From: Paraspadella gotoi
Taxonomy: Eukaryota; Animalia; Chaetognatha
Length of the DNA stretch: 64,000 nt
NCBI GenBank assembly: GCA_051294375.1
Contig: CM119267.1
Span: 19,005,439-19,069,438 of the forward strand
Direction: 5' to 3'
Shown here: positions 1 to 13,679 of the stretch, in pieces
Position numbering within the stretch: position 1 is the first letter of the stretch
Layout: the number at the start of each line of letters is the position of its first letter
Notes under the pieces: model-generated
The model's input: only the letters and a program-made list of their open reading frames with translations
The model's database searches: none
What the model was told of the DNA's origin: nothing
Made by a program: the position numbers and the translations under genes

Positions 1-386
1 ATCCATCAAACATAAGAACATACGACTAAGTCTGAGCAAACGAAAACATAAATAAATAGAGAAAAGAAAAAAACCAGTTAATTAAATAAAATTAATTAAT
101 TAAAGGTAAACATTAAAAATTGTTCTTTGTTGTTAAAAAACGGAACAAAGTTTGCTTGAAGAAACCGTATTTTCATTTTGTATAAATCTTTGAGGAAAGG
201 TTTTCTTACGATTATTAAAAATTGTAGATAGGTCGTGGTATATAAAGGGAAGTAATAAAAAAATATTACTGGAAAGAAAAGAAACGTAGGGACATACTGG
301 GTGCCCTAAAATGAACTTAGATTTATAATATTTTAAAATAATCGATTGGAATAATTCAATGAACAACCTGCAATAAATAAAATTAC

Positions 387-487
387 CAACCTCTGACATC
401 CGCTTCTTTCTCCTCCCAGTTCTCGCTCCAAGAATTTGACTTTCTCCGTGACTTGTCTGGTTGTCAAGGATTCGATGTTTCCGCCGC
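387..487 (-). CDS. Candidate internal exon of an unidentified minus-strand gene
   Basis: On the minus strand a pyrimidine-rich acceptor (ctctctcgttcag) precedes an open reading GGNIESLTTRQVTEKVKFLEREL..., with GT donors near 386-390. It is a GC-richer island in AT-rich DNA. No family recognised. Confidence 0.3.
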
Positions 488-1219
488 CTGAACGAGAGAG
501 GGCGGGATTGTGAAAGAAAAAGCGGTGAAAGGTCCCGGGTGAGAATTCACCGCTCTTCCTGTCTAAATAAAAGGGGAAAACAACACAGAAGAATCGAAAC
601 GCTTTTTTTTTCACTCATTAATCTTTTTTTCTCCTCTTGGTCTTCCCGGGGTTGGGTTCTAGTTAGCGAGAAGGGAAGTACAAAAACATATATACTACGA
701 GAGTACGACGCAGGCAGCAAGAGACAGGAAACGAAGCTTATAAAGAAATTTGGGGGGAATTGGGCTCACCATGAGAGCGCGACAAATATGTGGTAGCTTA
801 TTGTTTTTAAAAGGACAGGTAGTAGTATATGGTCGCTATCGAGGAAGAGTGTTTTTTTGCTTAAACCTACGCGAGTTTTTCGTTACTGTGAAGAAAAAAA
901 AAAATGGAAGATCGTGAATGAGGGTGTAGACTGTAAAAATATATGGAATGATAATGTATAGAAATAAAGGGATAAGACAAATACGTTAACATTCATTATA
1001 TAAAATTATATATGAAATTCCTGCTCATAGGCGTCTTACAGGTCATCGCACAACAAAGGCTTTCTCTCAGTTTGGTTAATAACTCTGCAATTAAAGACTA
1101 AGTTTCTTCGCTGAACCCAAAAATGCTAAAAACTTATTCTAACGTTAGAGAGAACGTCTTATATTAAAATATATTTATTGGATACTCCCCCACTATCATT
1201 CCTGTCTTTCACAACTTAC

Positions 1220-1510
1220 TTTTCTGCACTCCTTAGAAGAACTTAACCAGTCGGCCCCTTCCTTTCCCCGCCGTTCTATGCCCCAGGCTATCTTGCTTGA
1301 AGGTCTCTCCATTCGGCCGGTTCTGGTGCGGTCTTCGACTCTTGGGAGCCCTCGTAGTATTTCTGCAATCGTGGTCCTGATGCGCTCTTTCTGCTTCCGG
1401 CCGCCCAGAGCGCCGTCCAGCCGCGGTGAATCTCGTTTCTGCAGCGCCGCTCGATGCGGAATCGGGGTGAAGGGGAGTGGCGGTAGGTTTGTACGTCCAC
1501 AGTTGGAACA
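1220..1510 (-). CDS. Candidate frameshifted exon of an unidentified minus-strand gene
   Basis: GC-rich island with a minus-strand gtaagt donor (acttac at ~1214-1219). Protein-like pieces fall in different frames (TYKPTATPLHPDS, LQKYYEGSQE, PEPAEWRDL), consistent with an error-rich read. Confidence 0.2.
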
Positions 1511-2019
1511 TTAAAATAGTTGTAATATAGGGTCGCGCTGTTGCCTAAACGATTCGTAGTCGTACCCCATTCAATACCAGTTTAAGGAAGAAAAGCTGTG
1601 AGGACAAAATATTTATAGTCCGTCATTAATGAGCCGTGTATGACATTTCTAACACTATTTTAATTCTTCTAAATTTCTTAAACGATTATATGCATTAATA
1701 TAATGTAGATATGAATGTCATAGTTACCAATTATTACGATACTTGTTATAATTTAGTACGGGTGAAGTCAGGGGATCTGCCATGCTTCCTCTCATACAAA
1801 TTGGGCAATCCACCGAAGTGTCGCGCTGTTTATATGCATATTTACATGGACATTAGGGTCATGGTGTAGTGTGACGCTACTGGAACAGATGACCTATATG
1901 CGCCGTTAAGGAGATAGGTAGGAGACACTCAATTAGGATTGAGGTTTGTTTTGTTTTTTTCTTGTTCCTTATACATTAAGATAATCACCTAGGGCAAGAA
2001 AACCTTAAAAATGATGCAT

Positions 2020-2879
2020 TTTTAAACCGTAAGTGGGGAACAGGACCGCGGACGGGACGGAACCTGGACCGACCGGGAAAAGTGACTTATAGAGTTTGCT
2101 TTTGCTTCCGCGAGTCTTTTGCCGGCGGCACCTAAAAATGGATAATAGAGGAGGAAAGAGAAGGGGAGAAAAGAAGGGTTGAAGAAATGAATAATCCAAG
2201 GGAAGACGAATGCCGTCCAGGAGGGAATAGAGGATTCGGTGGGGATATAAAATTTTGAAAAAAAAAAAAAAAAAAAAAAACAACACATAAGTAACAATAG
2301 AGTTAGAGATCAACAAATCAAACCGAAACACATCAAGGAACGACCGACGTCAAGAAAAGCAAGCGGGAAGAAATAAAAAATTGGTTTTCTTCTCTGTGAT
2401 TAGGTTCAGGAATCCGGAGAACCGGAAATTTTTCTGCCAAAAAAAAAACGCAAAAAAGACGAAAAACAAGCAAAGACAAAAGCCAAAACAAAAAAACCAA
2501 AACCAAAAGCAGAAAGAACCACCAAAAAAAAAAAAAAAGAAATATCTGGAAAATGATTTAAGTTTCATTTGGAAAAAGCCCATCCAACAACCGGCCTTAT
2601 ATCTCATTTATTTCTGCCACAATTGCTTTCTTCCTCGACTCCGTCATTTCTCTCAACTCCGTCATTTTCTTCACCCTTCTTACCTGTTCTCTGCATCATT
2701 TTCTCGCAAACGCTTTCTTCTCCCAATCATGTGTTCTTTCTCTCTTCCAACCTCTTCCTCACCTCCATCATTCTGCCAACCTTCTCCATCCACTTTCTCC
2801 CAACCTTCCTCTCCGCCAATCATTCTCAGTCTCCAATTCTTCTCTCCCATCATGTTTCCATTTCCGGCCTCAATGATTT

Positions 2880-2919
<40 letters not shown>

Positions 2920-3004
2920 CTTTTTTTTTTTTTTTTTTTTTTTTTTTATTTTTTTTTTTTTTTTTTTTTTTTTTTTATTTTTTTTTCATTTTTATTTTTT
3001 TTTT

Positions 3005-3050
<46 letters not shown>

Positions 3051-3074
3051 CTTTTTTGTTTTTTTTTTTTTTTT

Positions 3075-3106
<32 letters not shown>

Positions 3107-3109
3107 TTT

Positions 3110-3149
<40 letters not shown>

Positions 3150-6098
3150 CATTTCTCGGCTTTTTTCTCTTCCTTAAACTTCCGGCCGAATCTCGGCTAG
3201 CTCCGATGCGGGAAAGTCGAACGACCCGTGTCTTCGGTTTTAAAATTCCCGGGTTTTTTTCCTTTCCGACGCTAGCCGAGGAAATCGTAAAAAAAAAAGA
3301 AAAAAAAAAAAGAAAAAGAAACAATTCCGTAAAATTGGATCTTCCTTCTTTTCACTTCTCCCTTCTACTTCTCCCTTCCTTGTCGCCGCGCGGATATAAC
3401 CCTTCAACTACTTTTCTTTTACTTGACTTCTTTTTTTCATCTTTTCCTTGTTTTTTTTTTTTTTTTTTTATTTTTTTTTTTTTTTTTTTCTCTTTTTGGG
3501 TGGTTTTGTTTTTTGCCTTTTTGTTTTTTTCCCTCCTTTCTTCCCGAGTTTTTTTCCCCTCGTCATTAATATTTCTTTTCCTCCGGCTCCTACCTTCCTC
3601 ACTCCGTCATCCCTCCCTCATCTCCTTGGCTTCTCCTCAAGATCTCGCTCCAGCACGGAGAGACGTTTCAATTTTCCTGTTTCCTCTTCTCTTCTTCTCC
3701 TCTCTCCTCATACCGGTGGGACCGTCTCACGCCTCTCCTCTCTCTCTCTCTCCTCTCCTCTCTCTCTCTCTTCTCTCTCTCTCCCTCCTCTCTCCTCTCC
3801 TCTCTCTCTCGTCTCATTTCCTCCCTCCGAGATTTTTCCATCAAAGTCCTTTCGAAAGAAGAAAAAAAACATCGAGATCTTCCCTTCCTTATGTCCGAAA
3901 TAGAATTGGGATGTTGCCTGTAAAACCCGGAACCGCGGGCGGCTGGAGTCGATGATGGAAACGGGGGGAACGAATGAATGGGAGAATGGAATTGAAAATG
4001 ATTGCAAATGACCGTCCAAAGACAAAGCAAAGCTTTTAAAAGGCTTTGGAAGGAAGGTTCACATGAATTGATCGGGAAATGGGATAGGAAATTAATACCG
4101 ATGGCCTTATCCCCAATGGAACGGGCGGGTTGGACGTAATCCCACAAGAATTGGCGAGGGGGGGAGGGTGGCACGGCAAATGGCAATGCCATCGACGAGA
4201 TGATATGGCACGGATAAAAAAAAAATAAACGATGAAAAGAGAGGACAAAGAGGGGGTGGGCGGTTAACTTCTATACATTTGAACGACAACGCAACGGACC
4301 AACGGACAACGACAACGAAGACAACGGCGACAATCGCATGGATACCAGAAAGAACAACGACGGAGTTTGTGGGAATCTTTAATGGTTTAAAAAAAAAAAA
4401 ATGAGGGCGGTGTGAATGACGCCTGTAAGGAGAAATAGATGAGGGAAAGAATTATGTGTTCGAGGAGAAAGTCGAGCGGGAAATGATTTTTTTTTTTTTT
4501 GGCAACGGAAACTTAATTCGAAATTTTTAACGTAAATAGTTACTGACTCAAAATATATATAGGACGAAAAGTGTCCGCATCAAGAAGAATGTCCTTTTGT
4601 GATCCTTCCTTCCTCCCGGAAGGTCCGTCGTCGTCGTCGTCGTCAATCTTCTCGCCGGTCCGTCGTCAATCCTTCGGTCGCGCGTCGTCGGTCATCCGTC
4701 CGTCCCGTTGTTGTTGGTAGTCACTTTCCGTTGGATTCGGTTCTCTAAAGGCTGACATGGTTGGAAGAAGGAGATCGGGGAAAAAGAAGGACCGGGGGGG
4801 AAGGGGGGCGAGAGGTCTTTATTCTCGAAAACATCAATGGTCGGTCTTAGTCTGGTCCGTGTCGTCTTTTGGTCGTTCGTCGTCTTTTGGTTCGTCGTCA
4901 ATGATCGTGGGTGGTCCCTCTCGTCCTTCCAAAATCGTCCTCCAAACCCACTTTCCGGCGGTTCCATTTTATCTCCGCGTCTCTAAAAAACATCCGGAAG
5001 TGAGTTCCCGACGGAAGCGAAAATTTTTCCCTCGGGCTTTAAAATCAGGCGCGCCATTTTTTTTTTTAGGATGGAAGCGCCATCTGGGTTTTGTGGCGGA
5101 ATTTCGATACGAAAAAAAATAGGGAAGCGAAAGACAGATGGCGTTTGAGTGAGGGGAGGAGGGGAGAGGGAAGAGATGAGAAGAAGAAGAGAGAGAAGGT
5201 GAAAACGTAATATTGGGATATTGGGATTGAAGAGAGGAAAGAGAGAAAGAGAGAGGAGGGAGAGCAAGAAGAGAGAGAAGGAGAGAGAGAGAGAGAGAGA
5301 GAGGAAGAGAAGAGAGGAGAGAAGAGGTAGAGAGGGAGAGAGGAGAGAGAAGAAAAAACTTTAGTGAAGAGAGGAAAAAAAAATATGAGAAGAGAGAGTG
5401 TCTGAGCCAGGAATGGCATTGACAGAGAGATCGGGAGACAAGACAGAAACGCGAGAATGGAGAGAGAGGAGAGGAGAGGATGAGAGAGAGTAGAGATGAG
5501 AAAGGAGAGAAGAAGCGATGGCTCCAGTCGTCGCTTGGGGTGCCAACACAAACGCAGCTACAATGAAGAATTGAGTGAATAATTTGAAGTCGAAGTTTTC
5601 GGAAGCATATTCGGATTGAAAATTATTTTCAAAGGAGAAATCCAGGAGGAAAAAAAAAAAGAAAAAAAAAAAGGTTGGCAAAAGAGACAGGAGGGGGGAA
5701 ACTGGCGTGGCCTGCCTGGCGGTCGCATCGCCCCGCGGGGGGGGGGGGTCGAAATGGGCGTCGGGAGTTTTTTCTTCCTTTTGACGAAGGAGCGCCATTC
5801 ACGGAACCTAAATGTTTGCAAAGCAATAACAATTTTTAACGCAGCTGATTTTTTGTTTAAAGTGGCACACATTTCCGATCAAGGGATTTTTTAACCTGGA
5901 AGAAACTTTGCACTTTGTATAAGATATATAATATCTAATAAAATGTAATAGCATCTATCTATCCTATATTCTTTCTATCCTTTATCTGTCAATTTCTATC
6001 TCTATCTGATCTGTCAATGCTTACCTTCTAGATGTGTCAATCTTTCTCTGATTCTATCTATTATCTATCTACTATCTTCTATTCTATTGCTATCTATC

Positions 6099-6132
<34 letters not shown>

Positions 6133-6186
6133 CTATCTAATTTATTTCTAGGATCTATTTTTTCTATTTATTTTTTTTATCTCTGT
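2020..6186 (+). repeat. Segment A, copy 1 (direct copy at ~17140-19960, inverted copy at ~13680-16830)
   Basis: Colinear matches, e.g. taaaaatggataata..gaaagagaaggggagaaa at 2132 and 17180, gtgtctgagccaggaatg at 5398 and 18844, and the (TATC)n end at ~6100 and ~19850. Differences are mostly single-base indels. Confidence 0.9.
2881..3150. repeat. Poly-T low-complexity tract
   Basis: About 270 nt of almost pure T; source of the spurious poly-F and poly-K ORFs. Confidence 0.9.
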
Positions 6187-6211
6187 NNNNNNNNNNNNNN
6201 NNNNNNNNNNN
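6187..6211. other. 25-N assembly gap (others at 9723, 11255, 13655, 21666, 43778, 44737, 49123, 58062)
   Basis: Each of these N runs is about 25 long and several sit at the edges of duplicated segments. Confidence 0.85.
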
Positions 6212-6576
6212 GAGTCTTTCCAACAGCAATCGGGCCTCGTGCCATAATTGCTTTCCTTTACGTTCTCTCGTGCCGAGCGTGCGGAAGTTGAGANNNNNNN
6301 NNNNNNNNNNNNNNNNNNNNNNNNNNNNNNNNNNNNNNNNNNNNNNNNNNNNNNNNNNNNNNNNNNNNNNNNNNNNNNNNNNNNNNNNNNNNNNNNNNNN
6401 NNNNNNNNNNNNNNNNNNNNNNNNNNNNNNNNNNNNNNNNNNNNNNNNNNNNNNNNNNNNNNNNNNNNNNNNNNNNNNNNNNNNNNNNNNNNNNNNNNNN
6501 NNNNNNNNNNNNNNNNNNNNNNNNNNNNNNNNNNNNNNNNNNNNNNNNNNNNNNNNNNNNNNNNNNNNNNNNNNNN

Positions 6577-6612
<36 letters not shown>

Positions 6613-9230
6613 CCTTTTAAAAAAGGTTTATTGTTTACTTCAATCATTGTTGTGCTGCCTAAGCTACGCTTTTCTGACTTCGAAAAAACAAAACAACCAA
6701 AACCACTTGAAAAACAAACAAAAGAACAAAAAACTATAAAAAACAACAAAAAACAAGAGCTCTACAAAGTGACTAAAAAAAATAGAAATACAACTATTCT
6801 GCAAAAGCCAAAAGAAAAAAAAGATCATACTACGAATATCTTTACTCTCCTTCTTTCGTTCGAACTAGGAAGACGACGACGCCAACGACGACGACAACGA
6901 CGACGACGCCAACGACGACGACGACGACGACGACGACGCCTCGTTCGGTGTCAAAGGGCAGAGAGGAATGAAGACCAAATCCCCGGTCGTTAATCAGTTC
7001 TCATATACATGTTTACATCGTCGTTATCTTCCTTGTTTACCTCTTCCTTCNNNNNNNNNNNNNNNNNNNNNNNNNNNNNNNNNNNNNNNNNNNNNNNNNN
7101 NNNNNNNNNNNNNNNNNNNNNNNNNNNNNNNNNNNNNNNNNNNNNNNNNNNNNNNNNNNNNNNNNNNNNNNNNNNNNNNNNNNNNNNNNNNNNNNNNNNN
7201 NNNNNNNNNNNNNNNNNNNNNNNNNNNNNNNNNNNNNNNNNNNNNNNNNNNNNNNNNNNNNNNNNNNNNNNNNNNNNNNNNNNNNNNNNNNNNNNNNNNN
7301 NNNNNNNNNNNNNNNNNNNNNNNNNNNNNNNNNNNNNNNNNNNNNNNNNNNNNNNNNNNNNNNNNNNNNNNNNNNNNNNNNNNNNNNNNNNNNNNNNNNN
7401 NNNNNNNNTTTTTCTTTTAGGATATTCGTTTACTTCGTTGCGGATAAAAATCAACGATGAAAAATGACGAACGATTAAACAAATAACAAACGGATGAATA
7501 ATAATGAACGATTGAAAAAAATTGATGTATAACCAATCGCCTTTTACTGGCGATTTTATAAAACAAAACAATTTTTTTTCGCTGAGAAGTGACAGAAATT
7601 CCTTTTCGAAAAAAACAAATTTTTTTAGCGTTTTATACTTACGTTTTCGTTTTTACGTTTTGTTTAATGATATTAAATCTGATCTTTTCATACATTAAAA
7701 ATATGTAAATGAAATGTTACGTCTTTATCTTTATCAGTGTAGTTTTTTTTACTTTTTTATTTTTATTTTATTTTAAACTTTATTTATTATAGCGATTACT
7801 TCCGGTTTTTTAAGTAGTTGTTGATACCGTTACTGTTAATGTATTGTGATTAAATCGTTTTTATTTATTTTATTTTTTTATTTATTATTCTTTTATTGCT
7901 TGTTACAATTTCATAACAATATATGAACTGTAATTTCTGTCTGATAAATACCTAAGAGTAATCTTAACCTTAGGCTTTAGGTATTCCCTCTATTGTCCAA
8001 GATCAACCTAACTTCCCCATATCGATTATATTAAATATTTAAACACTAAATATTTAACATAAATAAAATTAAACCTAAAATAGTTATTTTGAAATTAAAA
8101 AAAAATTAGAGAACAATTATTTTCACTATTTCATCACTAACAAACTTTGTTAACATAGTTCATTTTGATAGAAATTTGGAAAAAAAATCTTTCGAATTTA
8201 TAACGGTTTCTCAAATCACGGGCTTGGTTTGTCTTGCCTCAGCTGTCATCCTTTTGTCTCTTTTCTTTTTCTTTTTTCAGAAAACAATATTAACGGAAGT
8301 TTTCAATAACATCAATCGGCTTGCCATTAATGCTTTCCTTTAGTTTTCTCGTGCCGATGTGTGCGAAGTTGATGAGAGAATGAGAGAAAGGAAGAAGAGA
8401 TGAGAGAGATGAGAGAGAGATAGAGAGAAGAGAGAGAGGAGGATTAAGATAGAGCGGAGTGAGAGAAGATATGAATAAAAATTTATCATATACTGAAGCA
8501 TAATTACACAATACAATACGGGAGCGATAAATAATCATGGCATATTTACACAGCATGGAAAGGAAAATGGAGAGAAGGGAGAGAGAGCGAGAGAGAGATT
8601 ATGTAGGAGAGAAGGAGATAGAGAAGTTTGTATTAGATGAGAGAAATGAGAGAGGAGAGAGAGAGAGAGAGAGAGAGGAGAGGCCTTTTTTAAAGAAAGT
8701 TATTGTTACTTTAATCATTGTTGGATGCTCTAGCTACGCTTTTCTGACTTCGAAAAAACAAAACAACAAAGCACTTGTAAAACAACAAAAGAACAAACTA
8801 AAAAAGACACAAAAAACAAGAGTATCTCACAATTGTGACTAAAAAAATATGAAATACAACTCGTTAAACTATTTCAAGACCAAAAGAAAAAAAAATATTA
8901 CTCGTTAATATCTTACTCTCCTGTCTTTCGTTTTCGAACTAGAAGACGACTCTTTTTTCTATTACGCGTGTATTTGTGTTTCTTTGTCTAACTTATCCTA
9001 TTCCTTTTTACAACTTTGGACGACGCCAACGACGATCGACTGACGGAGACGACGTGGCTCGTTCGGGTGTCAAGGAGAAGGTATGAAGACAGAATTCCCG
9101 TCGTAGCATCAGTTCTATATAATGTTTTCGTCGTTTATCTTCCTTGTTTACCTCTTCCCCTCTTCTCATCTCTCGACGCGCTCTTAGCCGACTGCGCTGC
9201 TCTGAATCTCGTGCGCGCGTTTCATTGCTC

Positions 9231-9265
<35 letters not shown>

Positions 9266-9590
9266 CTCTTCTCTCTCTATCTCTCTCTCTCCTCTCCTTC
9301 TTTGCATTCGTAGAGAGTAACGAATAATCTCAACCATTATTTCTTCCTTCCGTACTGAAATAATAATTACTTAACAATTATTTCATTTTCATTTTTTCTT
9401 TTGGATATTCGTGGTATCTTGCGGATATAAATAGCACGATGAAAATGCGCATTAAAAAATACAAGTATATGATAATATATGAACGATTGCAAAATTGATG
9501 GTTGAACCAACGCCTTTTACTGCGATTTATAATGAAGAATCAACAGATTTTTTTCGCTGGAAGTGACAGAAATCCTTTTCAAAATAACTA
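6212..9590 (+). repeat. Tandem duplication, ~6212-7615 versus ~8298-9590
   Basis: Shared anchors: ctacgcttttctgacttcgaaaaaacaaaacaac (6664/8733) and gaagtgacagaaat (7586/9560). Confidence 0.85.
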
Positions 9591-9828
9591 AAAAAAACTA
9601 ACAAAGAAAAAAAAAAACTTCATTAACGAAAATACACGTCTTTGGTCCGCTTATTTCGTTGCTAATTTTGTCGAACCTTTTTTTAGAGATTCGCTAAAAA
9701 TTAAACTCTCCATAGAAAATAGNNNNNNNNNNNNNNNNNNNNNNNNNAAAAAAAAAGTTTTGAAATTTTTCTCGAATAAAAATCGAAATTCATAATTTCC
9801 GAAAGAATTACGTGAATGTATCCTTGGG

Positions 9829-10128
9829 ACTGACGTCAGTTTTTAGTGTAAAACCAACAATAAATCATCGTCAAAAGAAGATGATCCAAGGAGCAACCGG
9901 CGCCATCTTCGATCCTCCTCCTGGACTCAGATTCTGGAGGAAACTCCTTCCTTCCGCAAAATCAAATCATATCCGGGTTCCGTGAACCAAGTCCGACATC
10001 CGGTTCCGGCTTCCAGGCTTTACTCGCTTCTCCTTCAACGAGGGCGACATCGACGGGCGAGAAGAAAAACGAACGCGGGAGAGGAAACTGGGTCGATATA
10101 AACAAAAGACGTCGACGAACCGGGGACA
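9829..10128 (+). promoter_or_regulatory. Putative promoter and 5' UTR of the rhomboid gene
   Basis: Perfect CRE-type palindrome acTGACGTCAgt at 9829-9840 and YY1-like cgccatct at 9901. A CpG-rich stretch leads to a strong-context ATG (acaATGg) at 10129. Confidence 0.35.
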
Positions 10129-10180
10129 ATGGCTTCCATGGAACCGAGTCTCATGATGTCGCAACCTCAAAACGTCGCCG
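10129..10180 (+). CDS. Probable first coding exon of the rhomboid gene (MASMEPSLMMSQPQNVA)
   Basis: Kozak-like ATG, 52 nt, ending at the phase-1 donor G|GTGAGG, compatible with the phase-1 acceptors at 13284 and 26538. Confidence 0.5.
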
Positions 10181-10610
10181 GTGAGGCTTTCAGCGAAATG
10201 CCGTGAGAGGCTTCGTGAAATTTTAAAGGATTTAAAAAGAAAAATAGAAAGAAATGGCTGTGAGAGAAGGACGTGCGAGTCGAGAGGGAAGANNNNNNNN
10301 NNNNNNNNNNNNNNNNNNNNNNNNNNNNNNNNNNNNNNNNNNNNNNNNNNNNNNNNNNNNNNNNNNNNNNNNNNNNNNNNNNNNNNNNNNNNNNNNNNNN
10401 NNNNNNNNNNNNNNNNNNNNNNNNNNNNNNNNNNNNNNNNNNNNNNNNNNNNNNCTTTTCGCAGCCTCTTTTAAAATTTAATCTTTTCTTTTTTTCCTTT
10501 TTTTAAAAACTTTTATTTCAAGGTTTTTATTTCGTTCTTTACGACAAGGAACGAGCGAAGAAGAGAGAGACGCGGAGGAGGAAGAGAGAGAAAGAGAGAA
10601 GAGAGAGAGA

Positions 10611-10725
<115 letters not shown>

Positions 10726-11026
10726 GTGAAAGACTGAAAAGAAGTGGCGGGGGAGTGTCACTCGTTTCGTTTGCCTTCTTTAAATCTTTTTTTTTCTGGC
10801 TTTCTTCACGACATACAAAGAGATATAGAATTGAGATAAAGGAAAAACGATGGAAATCCGATAGAGAGAGAGAACGAAAGAAAGAGAAATGCATTGATTA
10901 AACATGAGCCTTGTAGTATTTTTCAGTGAATTCGATTTCAAAAAGAGAAATAGAAAGAAGGCGAAATATATCTTGAGCGTGATGTGACACAAAAGAAAAT
11001 GAGAGAAAAAGAGAGAGAGAGAGAGG

Positions 11027-11090
<64 letters not shown>

Positions 11091-11195
11091 TTTCTCCGGA
11101 AAAAGGTGAAAAGAAGAATCGTGGAGAACGTGATGTTAAAAGCGAGGAACTTGGAAACTCCGGCAATCGAGGCGATGAAGAGGATTGTGGGGCTT

Positions 11196-11253
<58 letters not shown>

Positions 11254-11279
11254 ANNNNNNNNNNNNNNNNNNNNNNNNN

Positions 11280-11314
<35 letters not shown>

Positions 11315-11650
11315 GGAAAGGAAGCGTTGAAAGGGAGAAAATGAAATTGGATTAATCCTCTCTCTTCGTCTCACGACAAAATGAAGATTGAAAATCCGAT
11401 CTGGATTCTTGTTTACCGCGAGCGATGTACTAAAGATGGAATATGTTTTTTTTTGTGTCTTTTTATAAATTTAAAGTAACTTAGTAGGTTAAATAAAATA
11501 TATATATAATTTCACACTATCCAAAAAAGATTTGATACGAACGTTCCAAATTCTATGCTTCACATTCATGATTCTACTCACACGCGTCCCAATTTCGCAA
11601 GGAGGCGATATTAAAAATTGATAGCAGCAATTTCTCAAGGTTTCATTTTT

Positions 11651-11738
<88 letters not shown>

Positions 11739-11849
11739 ATCTCAATGGATATATTACGAAATCAGACGTTTTATCTACTCGAATTCCCGCGCTCCACCGA
11801 AAAACCAGGATCCAAGATGGAGGCTCCCGGGTTTCATTTCATTTCTCAG

Positions 11850-11927
11850 GGGCGACGATGACGGACGACGTCTCCCGAGATCCGTTCGACGCCGAAGATT
11901 TGATTCTGCGCCGCGAAATTGATTTGG
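11850..11927 (+). CDS. Candidate cassette or alternative-start exon (ATMTDDVSRDPFDAEDLILRREIDL)
   Basis: Acceptor atttctcag|, 78 nt, open, donor G|GTGGGA. Phase 1-1, so it preserves frame within the rhomboid model. Confidence 0.3.
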
Positions 11928-13283
11928 GTGGGATTTTCTCGCGCCGAGTTTGAATTAGATTGTCGCGGAGGGTTGGTTCCGTTGTTTTCGACGCTGCTTG
12001 GTGATTTGCTGTAATAAGACTGAAGGGCAGTAGTTTCATGAGAACCTTTTTTTCAGAGATGGTATTTCATTTTAGCATTGTGTTCGGATGTCATCATTGC
12101 AATACCGGTTAAATAATATAGGAAAAAATATTGTCGTCTTTTAAGTGGAGTCATGAATTCTGCCACAAACTTACGGTGTTTATATTAACTTGACGATAGT
12201 GCATAGTTGCTACCTATTAACTGGCATGTCACGCCATTCTGTTCATTAAAACGCCGCTGACAAGTTCGAGCTCTAAATGTGTCTCTTTTTTCCAGCAACT
12301 AGTATCTGTTACAAAGCCATGGCAGATGCGATGCTTTTCAGTTCAATAGGACTCCTCTGTCACGCAATTCAGTTCGATAAGACGCCGCTGTCACGCAATT
12401 CAGGTCACTGAGACGCCGCTGTCACGTTCGCACTCTAAAAGCGTTTCTTTTTTTCCCAACGACTCGTATCTGTCACGTCGTCGCTCGAATGCGACTCGAC
12501 GGATCTTTATCACTGCATTCGGTGGAAGAAACGGCTTTCGTGGCCAAAGGGTTAATCTCTGTAGAGAAGAAGAAGAAGCGAGAGAAGGAAAAAGAAAAGA
12601 AGGAAAAAAAGGAGAAAAAAGAAGGAAATAAAAGGGGAAAAAAAATAAGGAAAAAAATGGTAAGGAGGGCGCCAGAGGTGAAAGAGCGCGAAACGCGGGA
12701 GAAGAAATAAACGGACGTTGAGGGGAAAAGAAAAATAATTTAAAAAAAAAACCAAGATTTACCGCCGGATCCTTTCGGTCGGGTATCGATGTTTCCTTTT
12801 TTGAATGTTTTAAATTCAATTGGCTTCGTGAAGCGAGAGTGAAAAACGTACTTGACGTATTTTGCGAAATTGTAGTCGGATTTATTTCTTCGCGGCTTGG
12901 GTTTGGTTTCTTGCTGGTTTTCTGAGAATTCGTAAGGATGAAAAATCTTAGCGAAATAGAAATTATGATTTTTTTTTGGCTTGGGATTTGGTGCAAACGT
13001 TTAAATTCCGCTCGCAATATTTTTTTAAGCGCAATCACGCATTGTCAAAATAATCAAGTATGTTCACTAGGAGTTATATAATAAGATAATTCTACACAAA
13101 TAATTGTTATTCAATTATCTTTCTATAAACGAAAAAGACTAATCGTAAGACCTCGTCGTAATAAATTCATTATTAAAAAAAAAAATCAACTTTATATATT
13201 TTTTATATACATGACTCCTATTCTACTAAGTACTAACTACTTACAATTTTTTTATACAACTTCTACCCAACCCCGATTCGCAG

Positions 13284-13493
13284 AAATCCCACCGCTTCAT
13301 TTCCACACTCAGTCGTCCCATCCTTCGACGGGCACCCTGCCCCGGGCCGGCACCCTCCCGCGACACCCCCAGACCCCCGGGGGCTTCTCCCGCGGAGGCA
13401 CGCTGCCCCGAGCCACGTCCTTCAATCGGCCGCCTTCGCGAGCCGCCGAGGCTCCCCCGGCGCTGGGGGTCATGCAGACGAGCGCCCCTCCCG
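13284..13493 (+). CDS. Probable rhomboid N-terminal exon with three GTLPR repeats
   Basis: Acceptor ttcgcag|, very GC-rich 210-nt open frame (IPPLHFHTQSSHPSTGTLPRAGTLPR...QTSAPP), donor G|GTGAGA, phase 1-1. Confidence 0.55.
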
Positions 13494-13679
13494 GTGAGAA
13501 AGGGAATTGCGGGGAAAGGGAGAGGGAATTTGAGAAATGGAGGAATGGAAGAATGGAAAAAGAGAGAAAGTAATGGAAACGTGGATGTGGTGGAAAAAGA
13601 GATTTAACGGAAGAATGGAAAAAGTGAGAAAGTAATGGAAACATGGATGTGGTGNNNNNNNNNNNNNNNNNNNNNNNNN

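Noticed and set aside
2381-3955. 524-aa ORF and overlapping poly-F/poly-K ORFs
   Set aside because: Products of poly-T/A and CT tracts with no domain content.
6248-7571. Long ORFs spanning N runs (also at ~17300-19740, 30600-32200 and 45800-48960)
   Set aside because: Open only because N codons contain no stops.
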